In this document: positions 14,241 to 28,027 of the stretch, one piece after another
Numbering within the stretch: the stretch's first letter is position 1
How the letters are laid out: every line of letters begins with the position of its first letter
NCBI GenBank assembly: GCA_040954595.2
Contig: CM082580.2
Span: 4,206,783-4,270,782, forward strand
Source: Balanoglossus misakiensis
Lineage: Eukaryota > Animalia > Hemichordata
Reading direction: 5' to 3'
Length of the DNA: 64,000 bases
Made by a program: the position numbers and the translations under genes
Notes under the pieces: generated by a model
What the model saw: only the letters and a program-made list of their open reading frames with translations
The model's database searches: none
What the model was told of the DNA's origin: nothing

Positions 14241-17200
14241 GAAGAGGGAAATTATAAATGGTAAAGAGCTACAGCAAAATGTCACAGTAAGGTCAATGGC
14301 CGACATCATATATCAGGAAGTGTACTGTATTGCAGGGTTTCATGATCCAATTAATAATACACTAATTGTCCATAAATAAAATTCCACATCTATCTTGTAA
14401 TTTGATGAGCCCTTTGCTAATTACTATCCGACCAACTGAGGTCATTAAAGTTCCCGTCGATACCTTGCTATTCCTAGGAGGACGTCTTGAGAAGAGGATG
14501 ACCTCAACATCCAAACGTTGCTTTTCCTGTGGGCGCTGGAAAAGAATCACTCGCCTTTACACGCCGATGGGTATCTTCGAGCGACAGTATTATTAACAGT
14601 CATTATCTGTGGCTAGAAGTCACGTTTTATTAGTCTAGACTAAAATATTTAGTTTGCTCCATCATGAATTCTCAATGCTCGGTTTCGGCTTTGTTACAGT
14701 TGGAGTCGTGACACGCCTCCTCTGTATTCTGTGCTGTGGTTCGCCAAATTTACGTCACGTGGATACTGATGCTGCACGTATAGGTTACGAGTTATCCAAA
14801 AGATAGCTTGTATACCGGGTAAATTTTGAAAGTGTTGCCCGAAAATCTATTTATACGTTCGCACACTTGCAATAAAAAATCGCGTGCGAAAAACATCCAT
14901 TTGCTTGTAAAAGGATAGAGTTTGTTTTGTCTAGTATCATTGGAACTGCGAGTCATTCCATAATAGTATGTGTATTTCCTTGGCACAGGCTCCCGCCTTG
15001 GGAAACACACTACTGAGGGGATGACCATACTCTCTCTGGGAGATGTCCACAGCCGAGAAATCAAGATGACTGCGATTGATTGATATTTCCAGTGATGGGG
15101 TTGGTTTATATACACTCTTTCCGTTCGCCGTTATTTAAACTTGTGAAAAGACCGATACCCCAATTGCAACAAGAAATAATGCAATTTACAAGTACTTATA
15201 CTCAAATCGGTTGGAAACGTGTTCTTCAAGGTGGAAAATAGCAGACAAATCACCATTGGCATATTGTGGTGATACGGTTCTCATTTGGACTCAGTGGGCA
15301 TTTCATCAGCGCTTTGATGACCCGAGGCAGAAGGCATTCCACTACATCCTCTGTCAGTTGCTGACAGAAATGAATTAGATTTCGATTCACCGATGTGAAA
15401 CTATGCGGAGCATGCCTTTTTCTGACAACGAAAGTGACTTCTAAATCGACACAGACAAAATTGTATATGTGCAGAAACTGTGGGCTGTGGCTCGTTGTTT
15501 TCTTATGCCACCCAGCTGTCACAATAAACGTATGGTCTCTAGTAAGTTTAATTAAATACAGTGCTATAATTCTATAGATTTATATCAGCAATGGTCACAC
15601 AATTTCGTTACATATGCAATGCAGTAGTTACTTAAAGCAGACCCTTTAAAAGGTATCATGGAACATATCTGTGTGAAATCAATATCTTTCCCACGTTACA
15701 ACCACGGTCACTCGGTCACGGTGTGGAGTGACCGTGTTACAACAAATCAAAAGTGGAAATTTCAGATATATCACTAGTTATAAATAAAAAATGAAATAAT
15801 GCAATGAAAAATAAAAGTTTAATGTTCCAGTGGATTACCTTTACTTCTTTGTGTTCTGATGGGTGAGATCATGCATTGTTTCTAAAGATTCAAAGAGCAG
15901 AAGGTACTGTTTTTGATGTATCTTGCATTTTCCCACGGTGGCGGCCATATTTGATTGAGGAAAAGCTTTATTATTTATCTGGTTAAACCTTGCATATGCA
16001 CTCATACGTAGCGTTTAAATACTTCAGTACATCTGTAAGGGCTAATTTCAGTACAGTTTGAAAATAAAGTTCATGATATAAATTTCCCAAAAGTTTCAGC
16101 TCATGGGACCTCTAATATATTTCCGCCTTCGATACGGAGATTAGCAGTGGAATATTAGTTACTCACATAAACTGTAATACAATATTTTTCTTCATTCAGT
16201 TCAGGAGACAAATAGTCATACCGAGTTGGCGGAGAAATGCAATGTTATGCGTGCGTTGCCTACAGCTCTCTTTTCTCAGCTGTGACTTATTCAACTCAAA
16301 CACAAATCGCGCGAAGCATACAAATTTACATATAATACGTTACTGTCGACAACAGTCATCGGGAACATTCAATTCGCTTTCACAGTTCAGGAGAGAAATT
16401 TACATCGCCGGTGACGCATATTGACGAGTTGATTTTCACCCTTAACATTTGAACTTCGTCATCTGTACCACGAAATATGTAAATTATTTAAGATCCATGT
16501 CATTAACCTCCATTCCAGGTCGTTTATCCCGCACACCACATGGGAAATTAAGGAGAAGTATTTGGAAATCACGTGAATGAAATCTATAGGATCAGTAACT
16601 GCCAGGTGAAACGTTACCCTGATTATATTGGCATGTTTCTGTAATTCAATCCCTACACACGATAACATTCAAAGACTTATCCGATTCCAGGATATTGTGT
16701 TTCGGTGGGACTTTTTTGCATCTGAAGTTAAAGACTCACTAAGACCCCAGAGCCTTTTCATTATCTGAAATATTTTGGAGTTTTGATGACGTGGAGTTTA
16801 TTTCACTTGGTTTTCTGTAAGTCTGAAATAGGTCACGCTGAAACGCGACGTATTATCCACTACATGATGTTACCATACATGCGTGAGAATATGAAATTCT
16901 TAAAGTGGAGTTCTATCATTAAACGTGTCTGCTGTAATTAGAACTGTTGTGAAGCAATCTTCTGATCTTTGTTTTGTAGTTTTTATATCGTTGGCGGCAG
17001 ACGATGGTAGTAATTGAATGAATGGTATTTATTTCTGTTCGCAATGATTAGTAAAGATGGTCATCTGAGATCTGTAACTGTAACCACGGTGTTGCAAAAT
17101 ACAGCGTGATTACCACCGTAAAATAATCTTATAATTGATATCCTGTGACAATTAAGGGTACCAGACAAATGTTTCGGTGTAATTCAGAACCAAAGAAGAG

Positions 17201-19541
17201 GATATAGCGGCTCGTGTCCGCAATTGATAGGTCATGAAAAAGTAAAAGCGACTCAGATATATAAACCATTCAACATTCAGGTTCTTACGGTGTCTGACTT
17301 TGGCTTAAACCACACAGAGTCTGAGATAGTTTTTCTGTGATAAATATATTTATGAAAAATTTAATTCATGAAATGTTTTCGTGTAGTCGAGACAAGACTC
17401 TACAATTTTATTTTACACCACGACTTTACATGAACTAACAAACACAAACGAATTTTTGCCTTTAAACCAAGTACACGGTGACAACTGTCGTTGAACGTCC
17501 AATTAAAACATAAATATGAATAGCGTGTGAATTGATAAATCAATAATGCTTAGTTTGATACCGACATTTGTTACTGACAACTCTGAAGGACGTTCGATTT
17601 TCAGAAGTGCAAAACATAATTACGTTTGCACAGTAATCACCGAGACATTGCGATCTGTGCTGTAAACGTGGATAATATGATGGTACTCATTTCAAAAATC
17701 AATGCCTGGTTAATTTGTCGTATATTGATCAAAATAAACTAAAACGTGCCTCCCAAAATTGTGAAAGGACGAAGTTCTCGAAGGATTGCCTGTGAATATT
17801 TAGATATTGCACTAATTAATCAATGTTTCATAAAAAGAATTAGCATAAAATGCGTGTTTTTTGAAAAGTTATTGATATAGAACAGTGTTCAATTACGCAG
17901 CCTGATAAGTTAACCGCAATAGCCCGATTTTTTAATCTGTAGAATTGTTCTAATGAAAGCGTAAAACTCACTGATGAAATAGTTTCTCTGTATAGGCAAA
18001 CTATAAAATAAATGAAAATAGTGTATACTATTTAAACTAAAGAACGTATGTATGTAAGGTTACTTGGTTATACCATGAACCTTTAAGGCACATATCGAAA
18101 ACTCGAATAAGGATAGAATGAATGCGACGAATTCTCCATTTTAACTTCGCTGGCCTCAATTAAACGTATACGTTTAAATAAGTTATTTGTTTAAGTTCAC
18201 GTGTTATCAGGGTCTGTTGAGTTTTTGCAATTTATTATTCATAGCTGGTTGGTTTTAGAAATTGCCTTGGCCCTGAATTGGACAGGGTCAAATAAATGTA
18301 ATTATCGACTTTACGAATTAAAATTCCGCTTGGGTGTGATAATCATGCAGGTATAGATCGAATGCAAACACGCGCTGGCTTTCCCGTTTGTTTTAGTCTG
18401 TCACACAAATGTCAATGTCATGTCTATCAATACTATTCTTCCTGGAAGCTGCACGTTAGTGTACATATCCTGACGGATGTATCCATCCAGTAAATTATGA
18501 CCCATTTCCATCCGACTTCCATGCACTAGTGAACAACTTGCATCTGTCCCGATAGAGACAATATACATATTAATGCAGTTAATTATGTTGGCGGTATGTG
18601 GGGTGCCTGTGACCTCAGCTGACCCCAAAGCTTGGTCGTTAATTCCCACACGCGATTGCTTCCTTCAGTAGATTTATCACGTTTCTTAGTCGTTGCGGGC
18701 GGCGGTCACATGTGTGGGTACACGCTAGTAGGCCCTGTATTACTGTGCATCATGCTTTCTATTCTCGTGTGAAGAATAGCAACAGAAAATGCGAGTTCAA
18801 AATGGCGATAATCACCGTTCTTTTTGCGCAGCTGTTTCTCCACTTGCGGGGGTCAAGCTCTAAGCTTATCATTTTCCAGGAAACGCGACGTATTAACTCC
18901 TTTCTAAAAATGTCATTCTTACGATATAGAATATGAAGATTAAAGTAAAGAGATTCTTCTGTGTCCCGTGGGAATGTAATAGTATTTCACAGCATGATAA
19001 CTCAGTCACTTAGAGGCGTCCTAAAATACTCAGTGAACATAGATAGTCGAAGTCTCTTTGAGGGGATAGTAAACAAAGCAACTAATTCATCAAAACGCTG
19101 GTGGCGCTACGAACCATGATATGCGACTAAACTATAACTAACAATGTAATGCGACATACGGGATAATTTTGGCGAGTCATTTTATTGTTCCCGTATAATT
19201 TGTACTTTCATGTGAAAGTTTTAGCCAGAATTTTACCCAGAGAATTCAGAAAAAAGGTAAAACAGCCGAAAGATGTTGTATGATTCTTATTTATTCATGA
19301 CATGGTATACTGATGTGCTTTATAGCAAAATCGTAATAGAAGTGACCGCTCACATTACTGATATATGAAGTTTTCGTTTGTTGCAGGATTTGATAAATAA
19401 CTAGCCTATACACCTATTAGTTCCGAATGAATCTCGATAATGATGATGTGTCCGCTAAATAGTGTGAGTGTAAAATAATCATTGTCATTGCGTCGCTATA
19501 CATAGGCCAGACCTCTAATATGGATATGGTGATACACTGAA

Positions 19542-21181
19542 CTATGCATTCTGCAGAAGCATTACAGGAACCGTAACCATGACTACTGTAAGCCAAGAAG
19601 TCAGAAGGTTTCCCAACCGGTGCGCAGAGGAGACGCGCAGACCGAAGGAAACCAAACTGTCACATATGTATTTCCCTCCACCTGCGTGGTAACAATATTC
19701 GAACACAACGTCGCTGGTCAATTCGGCCGGTGGCGGTGGATTGTAGCGGATATCTTCAGCCAATTGCAAGGCGGCTGGGCATGCCTGAAATAATTAAACC
19801 ATAGATTTAGAGATCTGTACTTCACACAATGAATGACTGGAAGCCTGAATAGAAGCCGTGTGCGAGAAAGGCGCCCTCAACTCAGTCAAACAAAAAAAAC
19901 GAACCACGACATAGTTTTGTAGGGTAGGTTCCGAGTTCGTATATCCCATAAAATACAAGTCTACTTTATGTGGCTATGGTTCATTGGCCCTTTCTTAGCT
20001 TGTGGCTTCACTTATTGCAAGACAATATTGATTACAGATAATTCATGATAGATAATTTATATGAAGGCAACTTTACATAGTGAAACTGTGTGCATTTTTC
20101 ATGAAGCCCCCCCCCCCAAACCCACAAGTCCAGGTTTTGACCGAAAAGGCCGAATGTAATTCCATGGTGTTTTTGTATCGCTGAAAGAATACAATGAAAG
20201 CACCAATATAGTTTCACACTTACTGTTCCTTCTAACTTGTAACAATTGAAGATGGCCCATCCGTTGCTGTACACATTGGCATCACACAGTCCACATTCGT
20301 TTACAGGATAGCCTGTTTCATCACCCTGTAAAGATCGATAAAAACGACAAGAAAAACATAACTAAATAGAGAAGAGGGACACGCCCACAATCCATCTTTT
20401 TCTGTCCGGCTTCTCTGTGTGAGACCGGTTAAAGGGACAAAGTCTCTCTCTCGCTGCCCTTTTTCCACTAATTATGCTTGATACAAGACGCCATTCTTAA
20501 TGTGGATATATAGTGAAATCAACGTTCAACCACACACAACTTCCACCCCGCTTGTAGATAAGAGAGTAAAAAACTCGCCAAAATGAATAAAACGGTAGAG
20601 ACTGGTTATTCATTTTGGTGAGTTTTTAGTCTCAGTGTCTACAAACGGGTAGAAGTTGTGTCTGGTTTAACGTTGATTCACTATATATCCACAACATAAC
20701 GGTGTCTTGTATCAAACACAATTAATGGGAAAAGGGACGCGAGAGGGAGAATGTCCCTTTATAACCACGCAACGTACTAAGCTTTTTGAAAATATATACG
20801 ATTTAATACCTCAGATCATAAGCCTTTAATGCTCAAAAATATTTGTGTGCGCTGATTTACATTCCAAGGCATGAATAAATCATGATTCTACTTCCACTGG
20901 GGCGTGGCGATCGACGGGCATTCAATGGGCCACTATTTGTAGCGTCTGGCTGTTTTTCAGTATTCGTGTTCCCCTCCCTATAGTATTCCAACACACCAAG
21001 TTTTTTGCTTGTCAATAAGTGACATGTATCGATCATTGTTATTGTTGACAAATGCTTTAATGTCCGGACTTGAATACAATTTTCAAACAATAACCATGTC
21101 GAGTGTACACACACGAGCTATACATTTCACCACGAAATTTTGGCTGAAGGTTATTTTCCTGTAGTCACAAACATGCAGGCC

Positions 21182-21217
<36 letters not shown>

Positions 21218-21763
21218 GGGAGGCAGCTAGACAGGCAGGCAGATGCCGATGGACAATCTAACAACACGTAACATGTGCGAAACTGCACGCTCGAATGCAT
21301 CTATACAACCTAATGATACTATAAACGGACAAGTGTTCTGTCAGAGCCCCGAGCAAGACCCTGCTTTTCGCAAAGGACTGTTCACAAAACTGAATGTCAA
21401 TACGACTTCCCGTCATAATGTCGAATATCGTGACGCAACCTCACTTACCAGCGCGATGTCAGGGTTCTTGTCCAGAGTTGGTTTGTCCACTCTGAGTAGC
21501 AGGACGGACTTGGTGCCTTGCACATAGTCCGAAGTGGCGAAGTAAGACGAGCCGTTGCCGACAGGTTGCAGACTTTGGGTTTCATTGTAGATTGTCCGAA
21601 TGTTATCGGGGCACTGCACGTCGTATGTGAGACCCTTGTTACTGATCCCGACCGAGAAGGATTTGGCGTGGAACACGAAGCAGGTGTCGGGCGTGGCTTG
21701 CAGCACGCCGTTGGCTACAGAAGCCGAAAGCAAGAGCAAGCAAATGGGAAGATAATACCGCAT
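19542..21763 (-). CDS. Uncharacterised 8-Cys extracellular protein, predicted GPI-anchored (3 exons, 219 aa)
   Basis: Exons 21449-21763, 20224-20325 and 19542-19784, with phase-0 GTAAGT...CAG introns. Signal peptide MRYYLPICLLLLSASVANG. C-terminus SSA + spacer + hydrophobic tail LLTSWLTVVMVTVPVMLL. Each exon aligns with the paralog at 24488-26525. Confidence 0.85.
20433..20758. mobile_element. Kolobok-like palindromic MITE in intron 1 of the GPI-type gene
   Basis: TTAA-AGGGACA...TGTCCCT-TTAT with long imperfect internal inverted symmetry. Same family as 37430-37776. Confidence 0.75.
21181..21245. repeat. (GACA)n microsatellite
   Basis: About 9 GACA units followed by degenerate GGCA units. 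Confidence 0.85.
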
Positions 21764-22494
21764 CTTCATATAGAAGAATGTTTGTCTGGCTGTCGGTGCA
21801 GAAAATACCAGGTGCCAACTAAATCTCTGGCTGGTCGCGAAGTACCCCGACAGGAGTGGTATGTTCACCCTGGGTTTAATAACCCCTATCAGTCCGCTCT
21901 GAAAGCAGGTCGTATTGAGCTTTTGAAATCCAAAGTTCAGTTGATTTATTGAAGACACTATAATCCGGTTTCAAACTCTTAACCACAATTATCAAAGTGC
22001 AAATAGTGAGGTTGGCAACATGAATCCATAATTGTGGGTGGGATTCTGCTGAACACTTAGAGGTACGTGCGCTGCCGCGAGTACACGCCATCAAAATCGA
22101 AGCAACTCAATGTGAGAGTGCTTCGATATATTTCGGTTTGAGGTGTATGATAGAACCCTCGGCTGAAACTTTTCCCGCTCAAGTTCTACACCAGAATTTC
22201 AGAATTTATTGGCTCACCTTGTCCTCCACGATTTCACACGGACAAAGGAGAGCGTGGCCTACTTCTAAAGCACATGCTATCAGGGCTTCAATAGAAATCT
22301 GGTTATAGCCCCAGAAAAGCAGCACTTAGCAGTTACGGCCCTTCTATTGGAATACTCACCCCCTCCATTCTTCGCCACATTTCATTTAGTCGCTGGTTTG
22401 TCTAGTGTACGAAAGCCGACTACTTGCCACCCGATGCGTACTTTGAGTGGAGTGGCAAAAGTAAAATTGGTCCTCCACAAAATTAATTTAATTT

Positions 22495-22746
22495 GCTTTT
22501 GAGTTCATTAAAATGCAACTTTCAGCCCAATATTTTACAAAATTTTCTTGGGTGGGAGGGGGCACCCCCTCCCACACCCACCCCCTTCATTCTTCACCAC
22601 ATCTAGTGTACCAAGGCATAGCTTTTGAGTTCATTAAAATGCAACTTTCAGCCCAATATTTTACAAAATTTTCTTGGGTGGGAGGGGGCACCCCCTCCCA
22701 CACCCACCCCCTTCATTCTTCACCACATCTAGTGTACCAAGGCATA
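22495..22746. repeat. 126-bp perfect tandem duplication within a Harbinger-like repeat
   Basis: 22495-22620 is identical to 22621-22746. The unit is reverse-complement similar to internal repeats of the MITE at 35344-36144. Confidence 0.9.
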
Positions 22747-23019
22747 GCACTTTCCCACCAATGCTAACATTGACTGGCAAAAGTTAAATTTGTCCTCCCT
22801 AACATTTAGTTAATTTGTTTTGGAGTCCTACCCGTATTTTGTCCGCTTTGCTTCAAAAACTACCGCCTGCCAAATATTGTATTGACTTGTCATTTTAATT
22901 TATTCATAATTCATTCTTATTGCAACGATATACTATTATATACTTCAATTACTTTAAGAAATTTAGAATTGAGGTGTGGGAACCCTCATTCCCTATAATG
23001 CATACAGTGTACATAGGAT

Positions 23020-23200
23020 CAGGACGGAGAATGTTTTTGGCGTGAGGGGGGGGGGGTCATCATATTTTTTGGCCTGTCGAAGGGGGGGGGGGGTCATCAT
23101 TTTTTTGGTCCTGGGTGAAGTGGGGGTCGGCCTGATTTTGAAAACCCATGACACAAACTTGCCGACCCCCCCCCTGCCGTAAAAACTGAACGGTCCCTTA
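23020..23200. mobile_element. Terminal fragment of a PIF/Harbinger-like non-autonomous element
   Basis: G-runs, then CCCCCCCCCTGCCGTAAAAACTGAACGGTCCC followed by TTA. The partner TIR was not found. Confidence 0.4.
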
Positions 23201-24487
23201 ATGATAAGGTATCAGACGAGTATACATGATACGCTCTCTTGCAGTTGTCATGGATGTCAACGGGTGAAGATTGTCGCCGGTATTCACAAAGGACGGAGGA
23301 AGAATGAAACTTCGATATATCGACATCCCAGTTTTGGAAGCGTAGTACCCAAGAGTTTTGCTTTTTTTTCGAAGGGCGACTAAAGTTCGCACTGACCTCG
23401 GTTTGTCAGCCGTGCTGTCTAAATGACTGTGTAATAAAACTGCATGTGTAATAAAACTGTCCAATACGGACCGATCGACTACACCCCCTTGGCGGCCCTT
23501 AAAGGTGTCGTCACACTCGACCCTTGTACGAAGGCGGGAGTTTACATTCCTGAAGAAACAGTAATCACCGAGGGTATGGTATTGGTGGATGATTCTGCGT
23601 TATAGTCCACTGTAGCAACTATAGGATTGTTTCTGGAGGATCGTTACTCCAGCGGTTGAGTTTCCTCTGTACTCCTTCATGGTGGCATGCATGCATGTCA
23701 CATACTTGTTATATCAGTCTCCAAAATCTTCAAACTTCATGACGTTCAATGACCAGTCCAAGTTTATCACACCTTTTCCCAATTATGACGAATACAGCTT
23801 AATTACATGTACACGACTTTAAAGCTATACGGTAACCTCCAATTTACATACGCCCACCTATGTCAGAAATTGCGTATTTGAGTGTTCTGAAGAACATATG
23901 GTGGCACTCTTTTTTCGCGTGTGCCACCCACTGAAAATCTGTGGTTGGCTAGTTCCCAATTTGCCATGGTAACTTTCGCTATATTTGCATACAGGTGCGG
24001 AAGAGCACTGAGTCACGAACAAAATAAACAAACAGTAATAAAGTGTATGTTGTATGCACAATAGTACGAGGTGGCATGTGCAAACATTGAGGATTACTTA
24101 TTTATATCACCATTTGAATATCTGCATTGTTTATTAGATATTATTATGGATGATGTATTGTAACAACTCAGCCATTTTATTTTAAGACAATGACAAATCG
24201 AACATATGTACATGAAACATATAAGAGAAGATAGCGAGGGCGAAATCAGGATTTGAAGCCTTCACGGGGGATGGTGATCCCTGACCATAATATTGATGAT
24301 GTGTGTGTGTCTCTCTCTCTCTCTCTCTGTTGCCGCGGTAAAGTGTATCTTTCGTAGGCAAGAACTCATTAAAAAGTTTTAACTATAATCGTTCAACTAA
24401 TTCAATTCTGCGTCTTTTAGCAGATACGATCATAGGCGATATTCCTGATTAAGCTTGAGACGTAGTTAGTTTGATGTGTGTCATCAT

Positions 24488-26525
24488 CTAAGAGTAGGTG
24501 AAGTAGGTTCTGCAGAGGAATCTGTCTTTCCCGCCTTGGATAGTGAAGTAGCAATACTGCAGAAAACCTTCTCCGGCCAGCTCAGCAGGGGGCGGTGGCC
24601 AAAAACGAACACCATCCAAAAATGGACTTGGACATTCCTGCAACGATCAAAGACGAACATTTTGTAACTGGTCATGTGATTCATTTTAGTACAACATTTA
24701 AACTTCTATCCCATTACAAAAACCAACTTTTGGAATTGTTATTATATTTTACAGTGTCTGTTTCAAAATCACGCATAATATAAATGCTAAAACCGTAAGC
24801 CATTATATCACCTTAGCAATGTAACGGTCCTAAGCGATTTGTATTGTCGACAAAATACGTGATGGAACTTCTAAACCAAATCACACAGATCATTGGTTTA
24901 GAATGATAGAGGGCGGCACTGCAGCCTCTCAAATTTTTCCCCCGCCAAGCACTCGTACACGTTGCCGTGGAGGGCACCCTCGCATAATTGTCCTTTTCAT
25001 GATATTTTGAACAAAGCGCTTTCATGGACTGACTAAAGTCGTATGGTTATGGTGAACATCATTGGATGCTTTACCCATAGAAATATAATTGTTGAAAAAA
25101 CATTTATCGGCGAAATTCGCGACCTTGACATTTTTAGACGACATTTGATAATACAGAGGAGAAGTAACAAAACATTAAAAGAAATGGCACTTTTTTTCAA
25201 CTTCAACGATCGCACATGATGCTACTTTAGGTGTAAACTCGGGTGCATGACTTGTGTGCGGTACAAAGTGTAACCAGCGCGACGACGACATTATCTATTT
25301 ATTACAGTTATGGAAAGAAACGTGGTTATTGACCACTTGTTCAGACTTACCCCAGTTGCAACCAGGTCCCAACACTTGAATATGGTCCACCCATTGCTGT
25401 AATGTTCACCGGTACATTCAACACAGTCACCCTTACCATACGGCAGCAATTCACCCTTTATGGAAAAAAAATCAAAAACAAAAAAATTCTTTACAAGGTC
25501 TATGGTTTCCTACACAGAATCTCAACCAGTGCTTCGCTTACACGACAGCACGGAGAGAGTACGAAAAATCATCAGAGCGGCAATGCGTTTACACTTGGTC
25601 GTAAACCTGTTTCGAGGCTATTGACTTTTTACACCGATTACTCACATCTAATAAGTACAAACTGTAATTGTATTTTTGGAAGATCAACGATATGCTGTCT
25701 TTGTTTTGTCAGGAGGTAGACTTCTACATGGAACAAGGTAAAATATTTAGGATATACAGGGGAAGTAATTGAATATCACCATCGTACATTACTTTCACAG
25801 AGTGATACCAATTTTAATCCTAACTTGTAAATGAAATATACCAATTGAAACAATTCTTAATTAATATGAATTCAATGTTAGGTGGAAGCTAGCAAAGGAG
25901 ACACTTGTTACAGTCGACATACTGGAAGCTTTCGAGAAAATAATTAAGCTAGTGAGATGTAGTATTTTGTTGTTAGTGTACAATTTAAGGGGTATTTACG
26001 CTACAAAAATAAAAAATAACCCCCCTGATGCGCCATTTTTTTTTTTGCTGTAGAGCATATTTCGTGCATCTTTTGTGAAAAATGCATGTTTTTTATATAA
26101 AACGTGGAAGAATATTGCTATCTTTGATTACAATATTGGCACAACTCTTGCCATGGCAGGCCTGTTCATAAAGCCCTGCCCCTCCTCTCCCAGGGGAAAG
26201 GTGCGATTACCTGTACAACAGACGGGTTGCCGTCCAGGACGCCCTTGGGGATACTGTTGACCATCACCGACCCGGTGTTCTCCACGTAATCCGTGGTCAC
26301 CAGATACCACTCGGTATTGGCGACGGGTTGGAGGGCCTCGGTCTCGGCCAGCTTGTCGATCATGCCCGCGGGACAGGGCACGTCGTAGGTGACGAACTCA
26401 TTTCGAATCTCGGTCGAAAACTTCTTGACTGTGAACAGAAGGCAGGTGTTCTGTTTGGCCCTCAGTATGCCCTGAGCGGCGGAGCTGAGCAGCAAGAACA
26501 AGCTCACGGACAGTACGGCCCTCAT
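24488..26525 (-). CDS. Uncharacterised 8-Cys secreted protein (3 exons, 189 aa), paralog of 19542-21763
   Basis: Exons 26211-26525, 25351-25455 (GELLPYGKGDCVECTGEHYSNGWTIFKCWDLVATG) and 24488-24637 (ECPSPFLDGVRFWPPPPAELAGEGFLQYCYFTIQGGKDRFLCRTYFTYS*). Introns are phase-0 GT-AG. Signal peptide present. Exon 1 has the same length as in the paralog (315 nt). Confidence 0.85.
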
Positions 26526-26733
26526 CTTTCGCGTGTTAGGATGCGAGTCCGGAAAACGCTGATTCCCAAATGAGAACCGACCTGTTAATAATCCAAATTT
26601 AAGCGATGGTGGGGTGGTAAACCCCTGTCATATAAATTGATTGCCGCTGTAGTGGTCATAAATTTATTGCCAATGACCGCAATATAATCAACAACTGCAA
26701 ATCGATTTCCAATGTTAACATTCCTTCTTTCCC

Positions 26734-28027
26734 ATGAAACCAAGTTCAGATAAGATGTAAGTGCAAGTGCTTGGAAACAGTGAGTGTTGAACAAAACACG
26801 TATTACGTAATGCCTTTCTATCGTTTACATAATTAGACAAAAATGAACATTGTAAGCAGCCTGGGGAAGTGATTGGAAATTGGCGACTTTCAAGCATCAG
26901 AATATCTCGCGTCAGCATTGATAACATTTTAAGCTCACGGTTCCTAAAATTCCTAAACAGACCCACCCAACCAATGTTGAAAAGAAAACAAAACAGATCA
27001 AACAAAATAGGAAGTTAAACACCATTTACACGGCATTTACTAATGATCTTAAATTTTTCAGTCACGCGACAGTAAAATATCTTTTTTGGGGGTACGAGTC
27101 AGTGGAAAAATAATGAAAGGGCATTCAACTGAGAAGTCTTATTGTTTGTTTGCGAAAAAGCAATATATCACTTCTCGTACAACTTTATTGTATGGTGATT
27201 GACAACAACTCAGCAAAACTGATAAAAATGCACACAGCCAATAAGAAATGTTTCAATTAATAATTTGTTGTGTTCTATATAGAATATGGTTATCAGGACA
27301 GCAACCTAGATTGAAATTCTATTCGTATGATATGCGTTTTTACATTCATTATCGATATCGCGCCCAAATAACGCGCAATAAAATGACTCCCTAGCTGGAT
27401 ATTTATTATTTATGAAACCAAGTTCACATAAGGTGTAAGTGCTTGGAAACAGTGAGTGTTAAACAAAACATGTATTAATGCCTTCCTTTCGTTTCCGTAA
27501 TTAGACAAAAAATGAGCATTGTAAGCACCAGCATATCTCGCGTCATCAGTGATAATATTTTAAGCTCACGGTTCCCCAAATTCCTAAACAGACCCACCCA
27601 ACCAATGGTGAAAACAAAACAAAACAGATCAAACAAATTAGGAAGTAAAGCACCATTTACACGGCATTTACTAATGGTCCTTTATTTTTCAGTCACGCGC
27701 TACGGAAAAGTCAGTGGAAAAATATGTTAAAGGGCATTCAACTGAGAAGTCTTACTAGTGGTATTGTTTGTTTGCGAAAAAACAATTTATCACTTCTCGT
27801 ACAACTTTATTGTGTGGTGATTGACAACAACTCAGCAAAGCCAATAAAAATGCACACAGCCAATAATAAATTTTAAAATTTATTTGTTGTGTTCGATATA
27901 GAATAATTTTATCAGGACAGGAACCTAGATTAAAATTCTCTTCGTATGATATGTGTTTTCACATTCATTATTGATATTGGCCCGAATAACGCGCCATAAA
28001 TGACTTCCTAGCGGGATATTTATTATT
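26734..28027. repeat. Diverged tandem duplication of about 620-680 bp, upstream of the secreted paralog
   Basis: 26734-27411 is similar to 27412-28027. Both start ATGAAACCAAGTTCA and end GGATATTT..TATT; small indels are present. Confidence 0.85.

Noticed and set aside
20120-20182. Possible extra exon after TTTCAG in the GPI-type gene
   Set aside because: It would need an intron of about 40 nt and has no counterpart in the paralog. Exons 2 and 3 already join in frame.
21764-21958. N-terminal extension of the 181-aa ORF
   Set aside because: The signal peptide and paralog alignment place the start at 21763 (or 21769).
23198-23620. Minus-strand frame with DYCF...ECD as a possible last exon of the secreted paralog
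   Set aside because: No in-phase acceptor, and 24488-24637 matches the paralog far better.
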